This document shows, piece by piece, positions 39,184 to 52,284 of a DNA stretch of 64,000 bases. Within the stretch, counting starts at the first letter, position 1. The number at the start of each line of letters is the position of its first letter. The notes under the pieces are model-generated. The model worked only from the letters and a program-made list of their open reading frames with translations. It was not told the origin of the DNA and ran no database searches. The stretch is from Octopus bimaculoides (Eukaryota), in contig NC_068982.1 in assembly GCF_001194135.2 (NCBI RefSeq), positions 110,559,312 through 110,623,311 on the forward strand. Direction: 5' to 3'. The position numbers and the translations under genes were made by a program.

Positions 39184-39889
39184 TGCGTCATAGGAAATCT
39201 GCAAAAACAAGACAAATTCTCCAGATAAAAGTGATACAAAAAGCCACACATCTTTACTTCAATGATTACTGTTGTAACATGATTTTCTATATTAGTGTAA
39301 AAATCTTGGATGATCTCTTGTACAGAGGTGTTTCTGAGGAGGAGTCACTTTTAAGTAATAACAAATTTTGGTTCTAAAAATGAAACCAGGCTGTTAGCTA
39401 TAACTTCAACTCCTTGTTCTTAAGTGCTCATTCTATAGGAACCATTGGAACCTGGTATTTAGTTTCCACTCCATTCAACACTTTACCTGCAGATATTTAT
39501 CAAGGAGAAAGAGGGAAAGGGATGAGTATCAACTAAATGTCAAATATTTTCAGATATGACCAACCTACCTACCCACTACCAAGATTCCCTTTATCTCATT
39601 TTATCAAGTTTATCTTAGTTAAACTCCACCACTCTTTCTTAGTTAAACTGCCAAATCTCTGCTGACCTAGCTGTACCTGGGAAATACAATTTCGTTTATA
39701 TTCAATATATTAAAAAAAAAAAATCGACAAAAAGCTGATTACCTCCCTTCAAAGAATAAGTGCAGCAACAGTAGCCCTTAGTTCATCTAACTGTTGATAC
39801 TTAATTAAATAAACTACTCAGATATTCGTCATTAATGAACCAAAGGAGCTTCTATTTAGTCAACTAGTTGCTAGAAATTTAGCAATTTA

Positions 39890-40050
39890 GTTGCTAGAAA
39901 TAGCAACCAAATCTCCCTTAAAACACACATCCTACCACTTATTAAAATAAAAAAAAACACATTGGATATTATCCTTACACACTTTGTTTGAAAAATGGTG
40001 AGATGTTCAAGGCCTTTGATCATAAGTCTACTTGACCAGATTTGCTCTGA
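39890..40050 (+). repeat. Unclassified interspersed repeat (GCTAGAAATAGCAACCAAATCTCCC... family)
   Basis: Related segments at about 7298, 28850, 33354, 37085, 41150 (reverse) and 53605. Class not determinable. Confidence 0.65.
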
Positions 40051-41659
40051 GATAAACAATGAAAACAAAGATTGGTATTCTGGCTATACATAGACACAAA
40101 TATACAAGGAACTGAACTTAGTACAACTCCTTATTGAACCATTTATCAATTTTATGTTGCTGCCACTGCCTATAACAGCAAGCAGGTCAGATTGGTACCT
40201 ATTTAGAATTAGGTAATGTGAGGCATTTGAATGATGTTTTGGATATGTTTCTTTTCATACCAGCTGATAATACATATTCATTGAATTATCGTACATAGAG
40301 GTGGAATGTTGAAAAGTATTGTACTACATACTTGGCAGTCAAGAGTTCAAATGTGTTTCATTGTAAGAACCCTATACTCAACATTGCTTTAGTTCACCTG
40401 TCAAGGAATTGGGTACTAAAACATCTCAGAATGTTGACTATGCTAGGCTAACAGTCTAACCAGGGGAATAGTTATTTCTTATTTGTTTCTCAGGGCCAAT
40501 CACTGGCCACAAATTCTCAGCAGTGAAGCAATGGAAATTGCACTAAACAACTCCTTCTTATCCTCTTGAGCCTCATTCCTTACTCAGTGACCATATGTAT
40601 AATTTCTACAGAGCCAGATGTATCTAAAACTTGCTCTATGTCATCATTAGTTTCACACTCTCACCAAATTTAGCAATAACAATGTTGCTTTTGATACAAG
40701 TAAAAATTGTGATCTTGCCTGGTATATGAACTCAGTAAAACCCGTGACCTTGCCTGGTCACCTATAGGTCCCATCACTTGAAATGAGTTTTCTATCAGAT
40801 TACATTCTAATAAGTTTGGCCAGGTACTTCTTTAAGTGCAGTAATTAAGTCCCATGGTAGAATATTTATCCAAAGACTATGCCCTAAAAATTGAATACAG
40901 AATATTTAAGGCCAGAATCTTTTTAATCATAGCTGACTTGGGAGAGGGGAAGGGAGCTAAACAACATTAAGCAGACACGAGATGAACTGTTCCCTGTAAA
41001 AAAGAAACATCAGCTTACATCTCGTATATAAGGTGTTATGTTTAGACTCAGATTTGATGTGATTGAGGAGGTCTATAATCAAAGGCAATCTAGCCGTGAC
41101 CTCCTTATTTTTTGTATTTTATTTTTTAGGCATAGTGATAGTGTGCTTCCCTTTTTTAAGATGTAGTATAATGTCATTTGTTGAAGATTTCTAGCATGTC
41201 GATGGAAATTTGATCATTGTCGTTTAGCCCCAGATTGAAAAAAACCCCTATGATTAAAGGCATTCCAGTCATGATCATTCCATTTCTATTTTAATTTAAT
41301 GTGTCTAGGATCACCTTATTTTAATACGCTCGTTTCTCTTTTTCAAGCTGATAGTTGTAATTAGAGGGAAATTCAGGTATCATTTATTGCGGGTCAAGCG
41401 GCTATACAGAGGATCCTTAGTTTGTTTATATAGTAATTGATAACTAATGTCACTAGACAAACATATACAACGGAACAGTTGACCTATACTAGTCTTTCTA
41501 TTTATGACATAAAAAAATAAAAAAAGGTTTTTAATTACATACTCCAACATTGTTAACGGGTTAATACGAAAACTATATATTAAGTTATTTGTCTATTAAT
41601 TCACATATATTCTTTCATTGGTGTATCTTTCCAAACATCACGCTTAAGTAAATAGTTAT

Positions 41660-41709
41660 ATATGTATGTGTATATATATATATATGTATGTGTATATATA
41701 TATATATAT

Positions 41710-41770
<61 letters not shown>
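41660..41770. repeat. (TA)n/(TATG) microsatellite
   Basis: Direct reading. Similar tracts flank nearly all N gaps, e.g. 3118, 19290, 47588, 58020, 58978, 60288. Confidence 0.95.
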
Positions 41771-41772
<2 letters not shown>

Positions 41773-42058
41773 ATGTGACCGTGAGAAGGGCTTGATTCCT
41801 ATTTATAGTGATTGTATTTAGAAAAGATAGTAAAAATAATACAAGTAACTTTAAAACAAAATCACTTCACCTTGGGATCATGAAATCATTGATACAGGGG
41901 TCATATTTAACAATACAAAGAATACCGAATCCTTTATTGACGTTTATAAATATGCTATAATCTCACGATTAAGTATTATATTAAATAAGAAGACTAATGT
42001 CGAAAAATAGAATTCATAATAGTATTTGCGTGAAATATTCGATAAAACTCTGACTTAC

Positions 42059-42150
42059 CGAACAAATTACAACCAAAGCACCTGCAACATGTGCATTACC
42101 GGTGTTCACACAAAATATATCGCGTTGTATAAAATGGACATAGACGACGC
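42059..42150 (-). promoter_or_regulatory. Candidate PTCD1 non-coding first exon / promoter region
   Basis: Strong minus-strand donor G|GTAAGTC at 42058 in a locally CpG-rich, non-repetitive patch (cgcg at about 42120 and 42147). The 5' boundary is unknown. Confidence 0.35.
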
Positions 42151-42480
42151 GTTATATATTTTTGTCTTTTATTAAATTCTTTATCTGCTGAGGTTGGCTT
42201 TTGCTCTCTGACGTAAAATATTTGTGCACATTTACACATGTATGTATGTATGTATGTATGTATACGTACGTGTGCATGCGCGTATGTGTGTTTACGTATG
42301 TATGTGTGTATGTATGTATGTATGTTTACGTACGTATGTATGAGTGTGTGTTTACATATGTAAGTATGTGCGTGTATGTATGTATGTATGTACGCACGTA
42401 CGTATGTATGTGATGTATGTGTCTGTTTATGTATGTATGTATGTATGATGTGTTATATATATTTTTTAATTTTTAACACA

Positions 42481-43666
42481 TAGGCGTAGGAATGGCTGTG
42501 TGGTAAGTAGCTTGCTTACCAACCACATGGTTCCGGGTTCAGTCCCAATGCATGGNNNNNNNNNNNNNNNNNNNNNNNNNNNNNNNNNNNNNNNNNNNNN
42601 NNNNNNNNNNNNNNNNNNNNNNNNNNNNNNNNNNNNNNNNNNNNNNNNNNNNNNNNNNNNNNNNNNNNNNNNNNNNNNNNNNNNNNNNNNNNNNNNNNNN
42701 NNNNNNNNNNNNNNNNNNNNNNNNNNNNNNNNNNNNNNNNNNNNNNNNNNNNNNNNNNNNNNNNNNNNNNNNNNNNNNNNNNNNNNNNNNNNNNNNNNNN
42801 NNNNNNNNNNNNNNNNNNNNNNNNNNNNNNNNNNNNNNNNNNNNNNNNNNNNNNNNNNNNNNNNNNNNNNNNNNNNNNNNNNNNNNNNNNNNNNNNNNNN
42901 NNNNNNNNNNNNNNNNNNNNNNNNNNNNNNNNNNNNNNNNNNNNNNNNNNNNNNNNNNNNNNNNNNNNNNNNNNNNNNNNNNNNNNNNNNNNNNNNNNNN
43001 NNNNNNNNNNNNNNNNNNNNNNNNNNNNNNNNNNNNNNNNNNNNNNNNNNNNNNNNNNNNNNNNNNNNNNNNNNNNNNNNNNNNNNNNNNNNNNNNNNNN
43101 NNNNNNNNNNNNNNNNNNNNNNNNNNNNNNNNNNNNNNNNNNNNNNNNNNNNNNNNNNNNNNNNNNNNNNNNNNNNNNNNNNNNNNNNNNNNNNNNNNNN
43201 NNNNNNNNNNNNNNNNNNNNNNNNNNNNNNNNNNNNNNNNNNNNNNNNNNNNNNNNNNNNNNNNNNNNNNNNNNNNNNNNNNNNNNNNNNNNNNNNNNNN
43301 NNNNNNNNNNNNNNNNNNNNNNNNNNNNNNNNNNNNNNNNNNNNNNNNNNNNNNNNNNNNNNNNNNNNNNNNNNNNNNNNNNNNNNNNNNNNNNNNNNNN
43401 NNNNNNNNNNNNNNNNNNNNNNNNNNNNNNNNNNNNNNNNNNNNNNNNNNNNNNNTGTGTGTTTGTGTGCCTATGTTTGTCCCCCCCAATATCGCTTGAC
43501 GACCGATGCTGGTGTGTTTACGTCTCCGTAACGTAGCGGTTCAGCAAAAGAGACTGATAGAATAAGTACTAGGCTTACAAAGAATAAGTTCTGGGGTCGA
43601 TTTGTTCGACTAAAGGTGGTGATCCAGCATAGCCACAGTCAAATGACTGAAACAAGTAAAAAAGAG
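42481..43666 (+). mobile_element. tRNA-derived SINE, family 1, interrupted by a 900-N gap
   Basis: Head at 42481-42555; body and tail at 43456-43666. Confidence 0.8.
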
Positions 43667-44554
43667 TAACACATTCTTCTGAGAAGGAGGGGCTATGCTT
43701 ATGTTGTTGCTTAGCTCTAAATCAACCCTGATCAAGCTAATATATCATCAAAGTCATTCCACTCATGATCATCTCGTCTTTCTACTTCAAGACAGGACAG
43801 GACATGTTGCATGTAAGACAAACATTATCCCTTGTGCTTTATTCACTTTTTTGAAGAGGAAACGGTTCGGTTTGAGTGAGATTAATCTGCTACATCGAGC
43901 GAGTACGCTCAGACTGAAGAGGTTGATATTGAATTGGAATTCATGCAGATTGACGATTGTAAAGAAAACCCGATTATAAAACTGCTACGTGTGTTTTTCT
44001 TTTATTCGGTCAGAAAAGGCGGCTGGTGATTATTCCTTTAATTCTGGAATGTCTCCTCCAGTCAGGTATGTTCGATACAGTTGATAATCTGGTTGAGCTT
44101 CTGTTAGGAAACCATAGGTAAGGAAAAAGTTGAAGGTAGCTGCTGTTTTGAATAGGAGAGGCTGAAAAGTGTTTAGTGAAAGCTTTAGTGGGGATATTCT
44201 TTATTAATGATAGGAGGTCAAGAAACAGGCGTATTTAGTTTGGTTAGGAATAATACACAGTTTGATAGACAAAGAAGCAAGAACAATCGAACAGCAATGG
44301 AAATGTTGCCTAGAATGTTTGTGTGCAAATATTCTAGACAGCATATGTATCCATATTTTTGTAGATAGAGCATGAAACTTTGTGTACAGCCGTTTTGGCG
44401 CTGCCCATTTGGTATTACGATTTGACGCTGACTTACTTGACATTAGAAGTTGTTCCTCCCCAACTCTGTCTCTCTGTGTTTGATCATATTTTTTATGTGT
44501 ATAAGGAGAAGGGAAAAATGTATGTGAATCGGAATCAGTTAATAAAATCGTAAT

Positions 44555-44650
44555 CTCTCTTTCTTTCTCTTCCTCTTCTCTCTCTTTCTCTTCCTCTTCT
44601 CTCTCTTTCTCTTCCTCTTCTCTCTCTTTCTCTTCCTCTTCTCTCTCTTT
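44555..44650. repeat. 21-bp pyrimidine minisatellite (CTCTCTTTCTCTTCCTCTTCT) x about 4
   Basis: Direct reading; it produces the spurious EEEKERE ORF. Confidence 0.9.
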
Positions 44651-45008
44651 GTGTATCTTTCGGCGCACGCACGTTTGTCTTGTGCCAAAAATTACTGGTG
44701 ACGAAAAACAGGTTCAATGTCCAGTCAACCGTGTCAAGTCACCAGTGTCCAACGTAGGCAGTAATCTTATGAGAGTGATGTGTATTACGGTTACTTTTGA
44801 TTATTTTTGCGATGTACGCCCTTTGCATACATATGTACAAATGCGTATAAATATTCAGATGAATAAATATTTTATTTCTAATATTTTTATCCGAGAGGGA
44901 GGAACAGTGTTTGTGTTTGCTGTTGTTTAGCCTTTATCGAGCAGACGTATGGTCAAAGACATTCCACCTATAACAGCCATTCCGTAATCTAGTATGTAAT
45001 ATATTCTG

Positions 45009-45032
45009 TTAGGGTTAGGGTTAGGGTTAGGG
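45009..45032 (+). repeat. (TTAGGG)4 interstitial telomere-like repeat
   Basis: Four exact TTAGGG units. Confidence 0.9.
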
Positions 45033-45221
45033 TGTTGAAATATGGTATAAATGTGTTGAAATATGGTAACTCATTTGCCTTGCTTTTTTGAAGATTTATA
45101 TTAAGTAATTTTGTACCAAATTTTCCATGCAAAATACGGGTTGCGACTTATACACGAGCACAACTTATACACGAATAAATACAGTATATAGACGCACACA
45201 TATACGCGCACAAAGACACAG

Positions 45222-45252
<31 letters not shown>

Positions 45253-46844
45253 TCTCCTCCCTTATACACATATTCCTCTTGAAAGACTGTATGTTCGCAG
45301 TTGCAGAAAAAAACATATGCAGGGATGGGGTTTTTAGAAAGTAGACTGAGGAAGGAATCGCAGTTGGGATTATGTGGGCCTGGGGTGAAAGGATGTACAC
45401 AGTATGGATGACAAGAGGAATAGCTGCATTGGGGAGGTGGGATACGTGTGTCTAAATGTGATAAGATTCTTATTAGACATAGCTACAGGAGCAGCAAAGT
45501 TTTCAGTACAACTGTAACTAACTTTAACATTATTTCATTGAAGATTAGGTAAAATTTATTATTCGTGGGTGTATTTCTTAAATGAAGTTTAGCAATCATC
45601 TCACAATATCAAAATAACATTCTGATATAAACGTGAATAAGAAATATATTTTATTGATGTTTTCTATCTGCAATATTTTGTCTGCATATATAATATATTT
45701 TCTTTAAAGCTGTTTTTAATGCATTCTTATAAATAGCAAAGCAGTTGAAAGACTCCTCGAAAGAGAATACATCAAAGATTCGTTCGAAAATCTTACTAAA
45801 TTTTATAAAATAGTAAAGTTAGATGTAGATCAAAGTTTTTATAAATGTATTGTAAAATTTCATTGGGTAGGCTACATGGGTTGTATTTTCCAATGTTTAA
45901 TTTTTCTGTTATGTTTAAGAAATTAACAATATTTATGTTGGTACTAACAAAGTTATTTAAGTTAAATCTTTAATTTATGTTAATTAGGTCTTTCCTATCT
46001 AGAAAGAGGCTGTTTTTATTACGTGAGATAATCAATCCATCGAATTTTGCTCGGAATGAGTCTATGATGAATAAAACTATTAACTTAGATTTCATCAAAA
46101 CATCTAATGGGATGACAAATAGTTCCGTATTACTACGTTTGACTAAAAAATGAATCATAAAAAAAGAAGTAATTTTCTAGAGTGCATAATTATGTTATGT
46201 ACACACTCATAATTAGGGTAAATATATAGAATTTTAAAACCATTTGAAGACGTTCGGCTAGAGATGGGTAAAACTCAACGATATCAAATCGTGTGTATTT
46301 ACTGTTATGCTTATCATTTCCGCCATTAAGCCACTTTATAGCAGAGATACTAGTATTCTAAGGGCTTGGTTGGTGGTTTGTTTAATGCTAGTTTTAATCG
46401 ATCCTAAAATAGCCTTGTTTTAACTAATTTGCTTTTAGCAGGATTTATAAGTCGGAGTTTCGGTCTGCTAAAAGTTATTTTTATGTTTTCTTTTTAATGT
46501 TATTTTGAGGTTAGCCGCAAATTCTTTCTCTTCTCTGTTAATTAAATTATATGTATTATTTTTAAATATGTTTATGTAAAATTGCCAGAAAGATATCTTG
46601 TAGACGTAGGGTTTTCTGTCTTACATATTTTTGCTTCATCAGATAATATATATATATATACGTTAAGAATTTTCAAAAATCTCATCTTCTTTTCTAATTG
46701 TCATAGAAGTCATTAGAATATTTCTTACATTTTACNNNNNNNNNNCCGCGGGTTCATAATTACTTCCTGTCTCGAGAACATACACTTTCCGTATCATACA
46801 TCTTACAAGGTGATCTGTTTTTTTAAGCTGCTTGATACATACAT

Positions 46845-46879
<35 letters not shown>

Positions 46880-46891
46880 TACATACATACA

Positions 46892-46921
<30 letters not shown>

Positions 46922-46922
<1 letters not shown>

Positions 46923-47490
46923 GCTGGGTGTTCGGACTAATTATTTTAGGAACAGCTTGATTTATTGGTGAGCAGTCAACGACTTGGGAGATCATAAACA
47001 TTAAAGACGTAGCTGAAGAAAAGTGAGCTGATATGGAGGACTGGAAACCATCTGAGTATGCGAAAAGAGTTACCTGTTGCATGATGATTCATGCGCCAGA
47101 ATTCATCTACCATCTTTGAACAGAATCTTAGGCTCAATTCAAACGGCTATGTGAAGCTGCTGGAGACCAGTCAATCCCAAGCTGGTAAGAGTTCTTGCTG
47201 GAAGGTCATATGTGTGACAGCAAGATTCGATTCCTTGTCATACCTCCGGAAACATAAAAAAAATGGTTATCGGAGAATTTCTACGACTTCACCAGCCCCA
47301 ATTTAAGGTAACTTAATTCCATCGATTGTAATTCTATGGATTACAATTTATGGGGCGCAGTAGAGAAAACACTAACCGCTCTGCCTACAATACCAAGGCC
47401 TGAGCTGGTGGCGAAGGTCAATGAAGTGTTCAGAGATATTCCCAGGGACACAGTGAAGAACTCATACGCCAGGTTCCGGAGCGATAATCT
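46922..47490 (+). mobile_element. Internally deleted maT/DD37D-like transposon
   Basis: N-terminal MEDWKPSEYAKR joined to IFEQNLRLNSNGYVKLLET and VEKNTNRSAYNTKA*AGGEGQ-like C-terminal segments, homologous to 4643-5680 and 15440-15821. Confidence 0.7.
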
Positions 47491-47586
47491 ACTTGTTTCT
47501 TTTTTTTTGATTTAAAAATAATACTTTTATTTTTGGATGGAGTATTGTATTCTTTCCCTTATATACAAACTATAAAATTTAGTCCG

Positions 47587-47626
<40 letters not shown>

Positions 47627-48080
47627 NNNNNNNNNNNNNNNNNNNNNNNNNNNNNNNNNNNNNNNNNNNNNNNNNNNNNNNNNNNNNNNNNNNNNNNNNN
47701 NNNNNNNNNNNNNNNNNNNNNNNNNNNNNNNNNNNNNNNNNNNNNNNNNNNNNNNNNNNNNNNNNNNNNNNNNNNNNNNNNNNNNNNNNNNNNNNNNNNN
47801 NNNNNNNNNNNNNNNNNNNNNNNNNNNNNNNNNNNNNNNNNNNNNNNNNNNNNNNNNNNNNNNNNNNNNNNNNNNNNNNNNNNNNNNNNNNNNNNNNNNN
47901 NNNNNNNNNNNNNNNNNNNNNNNNNNNNNNNNNNNNNNNNNNNNNNNNNNNNNNNNNNNNNNNNNNNNNNNNNNNNNNNNNNNNNNNNNNNNNNNNNNNN
48001 NNNNNNNNNNNNNNNNNNNNNNNNNNNNNNNNNNNNNNNNNNNNNNNNNNNNNNNNNNNNNNNNNNNNNNNNNNNNNNNN

Positions 48081-48125
<45 letters not shown>

Positions 48126-50014
48126 ATATGTAATTTTTTTAGGATGAATCAAAGTATTTTGTGGGGCGAATATAGTATGTTGTTCCAACATCAGCTTGTA
48201 GTTTGCAGACTTTGCTTAAAAATTAAGGAGTGTTCATTGTAAACAATGAATAAAATTTGTGGGAAATCAGATACGTTCATTATTATGACTCAGATTGAAT
48301 GGTATAAAATATTTAATTTTGATTGAATAAATAACGTCTTCCAATTATATAGACTCTAGTTTGACGAAACACGTAACACAAAAACATCAGTAAATCAATG
48401 TTGAAATTATCAAGCCCCAAAACGTTAAAGGCCTGGGTTAGATTTTGGTTTGAGGTTAAGATTTAAGTTTGGATTCTAGGGTTATGATTAGGGAAATATC
48501 TTCCAGAAACGTATTTGTTGATCGCAAAGTTGTCATATCTGTGTTGGCACAACTTATTCAATCACTGGGCGTTAAGAAGATCACTATGTCGATTTCGAAT
48601 TAATAAAATGCATTATCAGCCAAATGCTTGCGTAACAACATGGTGTTTATTAAATATTATCTGGTAAATAGAATATTTATCTTTCTTTGTATATATCATT
48701 ACAAATTTACAGTTTCCAATAAAATTCCAATCGTTATATTTTCAAACATTGGGGTTTTCTTGAACTTTGCCAAATATTTACACTAAATATTTGAATTGCC
48801 ATCTGAAAAAAAAAAAAAAAAAAAAAAAAAANNNNNNNNNNNNNNNNNNNNNNNNNNNNNNNNNNNNNNNNNNNNNNNNNNNNNNNNNNNNNNNNNNNNN
48901 NNNNNNNNNNNNNNNNNNNNNNNNNNNNNNNNNNNNNNNNNNNNNNNNNNNNNNNNNNNNNNNNNNNNNNNNNNNNNNNNNNNNNNNNNNNNNNNNNNNN
49001 NNNNNNNNNNNNNNNNNNNNNNNNNNNNNNNNNNNNNNNNNNNNNNNNNNNNNNNNNNNNNNNNNNNNNNNNNNNNNNNNNNNNNNNNNNNNNNNNNNNN
49101 NNNNNNNNNNNNNNNNNNNNNNNNNNNNNNNNNNNNNNNNNNNNNNNNNNNNNNNNNNNNNNNNNNNNNNNNNNNNNNNNNNNNNNNNNNNNNNNNNNNN
49201 NNNNNNNNNNNNNNNNNNNNNNNNNNNNNNNNNNNNNNNNNNNNNNNNNNNNNNNNNNNNNNNNNNNNNNNNNNNNNNNNNNNNNNNNNNNNNNNNNNNN
49301 NNNNNNNNNNNNNNNNNNNNNNNNNNNNNNNNNNNNNNNNNNNNNNNNNNNNNNNNNNNNNNNNNNNNNNNNNNNNNNNNNNNNNNNNNNNNNNNNNNNN
49401 NNNNNNNNNNNNNNNNNNNNNNNNNNNNNNNNNNNNNNNNNNNNNNNNNNNNNNNNNNNNNNNNNNNNNNNNNNNNNNNNNNNNNNNNNNNNNNNNNNNN
49501 NNNNNNNNNNNNNNNNNNNNNNNNNNNNNNNNNNNNNNNNNNNNNCCCATTTGTCTCAATCTCTCATTAATTGGTAGACGTATGTCTTCATAGAGAAATC
49601 AACGCAGTTACGACCATGACGAGTCCAAAGTAGGGGATTTACTAATGAGATCCTTCTTAACTCTCCAGAAGAGTTCAGCAAAGCGAACTCTTTTTTTCTC
49701 AAATGGTGAAAACTTTTTTACAAGTTTTGGAAACTTATTGTACAGCATCTGTTTGGTAGGGTTGTTCTTCCAGAGTGTTCTTTATAAAGGGTATCTGGAA
49801 AAGGCTTTAACAAGTGTGTTCCCACCTCATAGAACCTTAGTGGGGTTTACAACACTTCCCAAATGTTTTAAATTTAAGTGGGAATTCATATATTAAAACA
49901 CAACAGAAAAGGTGAGATTAACAACATACCCCTAATTATTCCATCTGTACTGTTGTTTCTTGATGTTCCTTTCACATATTTCACGTCGTTCACTATCACA
50001 TTGATGCTAGACTA

Positions 50015-50394
50015 CGAGGTGGTATCAAAAAGTTCCTGAACTAGTTCTGTAGCGCGCCAACAGATGGCAGCATACTGTTGCGTGCGCAGTGGAAGCTAGC
50101 AGTGACCTTCATGAGGCAGTGTGACGAGTGACATTGCTGTGTTTATTTCGCAAGTTGCGAAATTTTTTACTTTGTGATCACGTGTATGCTATAGTCTGCG
50201 ATTTTTGTCATGGACAGGAAGCAGGAACAAATAGTCAACGTAAAATTTTGCGTTAAACTTGGGAAGTCTACTACAGAGACATTGAACATGCTTCGGCAAG
50301 GTGACAATTTAGAAGTAGATGATGTTAAAACTTAGGTAAAAGAGTAATTTTTTATGAAACATAACTAACCCGGAAACTTTTGGATACCACCTCG
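50015..50394 (+). mobile_element. 380-bp internally deleted mariner (MITE-like)
   Basis: TIRs CGAGGTGGTATCAAAAAGTT / AACTTTTGGATACCACCTCG with TA TSDs. Retains MDRKQEQIVNVKFCVKLGKSTTETLNMLRQ (mariner N-terminus). Confidence 0.9.
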
Positions 50395-51661
50395 TAAAAT
50401 CGTTGCTTTCGGACACGTTTCTCATTTTAATCCATCCAACTGACGTCGCTGAAATTTTACAAGAATTTATTGTCTCATGTTCCTTTAAAAGATCAACTCA
50501 TTGATCACTACATTTCCTTCTGAGAACTGTGGTTTATATTTTTCCCCTTCAAACCATAATTACCTCTCTGTTCCCATCCTATAAATACAATTAGTTTTTT
50601 TTTAAAGGGAGCCTATTTTGCCATTTGCAGTCTTAATTAACCCCGGCTGCTGTATCATGCAAAAGTAATGTGTTTTTAGTTATTTACACAAGCAATTTCT
50701 ATGCAGACAAAATTGTATATTAGCAAACAACATTCTATAAAGACAATCTATAATAACTGATACAAAGTCACTTTTATTCCACTCTTTTAGCTCTTCATAT
50801 CTCCGGGCTACGGCCATGCCCCAGCATAGCCGCAGCGCATAGACTTGAACAAGTAAAAGAGTATTTTAAAAGTGTTTTACTGTTGTTAATGTTGACTTTG
50901 TAAAAAAATTCTTAGAAACATAAAATGCACGATAAGCAAAATATCACGTTGATTAGAACTTTATTTATTGTGAGCCTTGAGTCTGATACAAACTCGAAAT
51001 TGTTTTCCCACTATCTAAATATAGTGTTGTTTGTGACAAAGATCACGCCTTGCAATATCAAAGCGGTTACGGGCTTTTGATAGTAGGGAAGTCATCTGAC
51101 TAAAAGCAGATTAAGCAATAGCATAAAACTTTACTCACTTCTAGGAAAGTGGTAACTTCCTAGTAATTTCACTACTTCCCCATAGATTATTATGACTATG
51201 TTTGAATCTATCTTTAAACATTTCATCACTGCAATTCAATGAAGCTTTCCCGTAACGTAAGGGCAATATAAGTGGCTTTTATCTGAAATGGATCCACCAT
51301 CAAACCTAAATCTCTAGTAAGTCGCTGAATTGAATTTTAGTATTATTGTACATATATTTCAAATACATGTATTTCAAATACTCAACACATGAAAGAAGAT
51401 TATAATCTTACAGTGCAATACCAATGGAAACCATGGGCAGAAAGAAACCAGCTTGTGACGTTCTATATTGATATTGAATAACTTGTGTTTTCCAATGAAT
51501 GCAGTAATAGACTCTTTGCAAAGTTATAAGGTTACAGTTTTCTACTTGTAACTGTTTGATCAGCAAATTAAGCTTTTGAAATATACCTGAAAGGTAAAAA
51601 TATATCACATCTAAAAATAGCCAAGTGTTCACCTATCTTTTATTATACACAAATGACATAT

Positions 51662-51892
51662 TGCCGTTTACAGGTGGTGTATACTACGCAACTGGTACTT
51701 AATTTATCGACTCCGAAAGGATGAAAGGCAAAGTTGACCTCGGCAAAGTTGACCTCGGTGAAGTTGACCTCGGCAAAGTTGACCTCGGCAAAGTTGACCT
51801 CGGCAAAGTTGACCTTAGAGCATAAAGACAGTCGAAATACTGCTAAGCATTTCGCCCAGCGTGCTAACGTTTCTGCCAGCTCGCCACCTTAA
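51662..51892 (-). mobile_element. tRNA-derived SINE, family 2, with an internal 15-bp tandem amplification
   Basis: Reverse complement of the 8421/23120 family. Six GCAAAGTTGACCTCG units at 51728-51815. Confidence 0.85.
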
Positions 51893-52284
51893 TACATATG
51901 TGACACATTGGCTTCGTAATGATCTGTGTTGATATAGTAAAATCGTTGGTTAGATATTAAATGGAATTTGTTGACATTTTTCTTTCACACAGGCCACACA
52001 CAAGAAATTGGGATAACAAAAGAATAGACAATCATGTTATGAACTTCAATAGCTTACAGCTGTTTTTATTATAAGATGCAATGCACTTATATGCAAGTGA
52101 TTGAGTATCACCTTACAACTTCATCGGAACTTCAAACACGAAGAGTAGTTTATTTGGAGAGACGTTTATATTTATGTGTATAAATACAGAAAAGCATTAC
52201 CAATGAAAAAGCATATGCATATACTGGAAATAAAGTTCAGCAGACTGAGGGGGAGAAGCCCCTCCCGGAATTAGAATAAGATAT

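Noticed and set aside
39199-39249. N-terminal MWLFVSLLSGEFVLFLQ of ORF 38563-39249
   Set aside because: This is the intronic polypyrimidine tract and acceptor; the exon starts at 39198.
44204-44668. 154-aa ORF with EEEKERE repeats
   Set aside because: Produced by a 21-bp CT-rich minisatellite; no splice or homology support.
49600-49900. ORF-like segment after the gap (both strands)
   Set aside because: Stops occur in all minus-strand frames and the plus-strand ORF has no recognisable motif or splice context.
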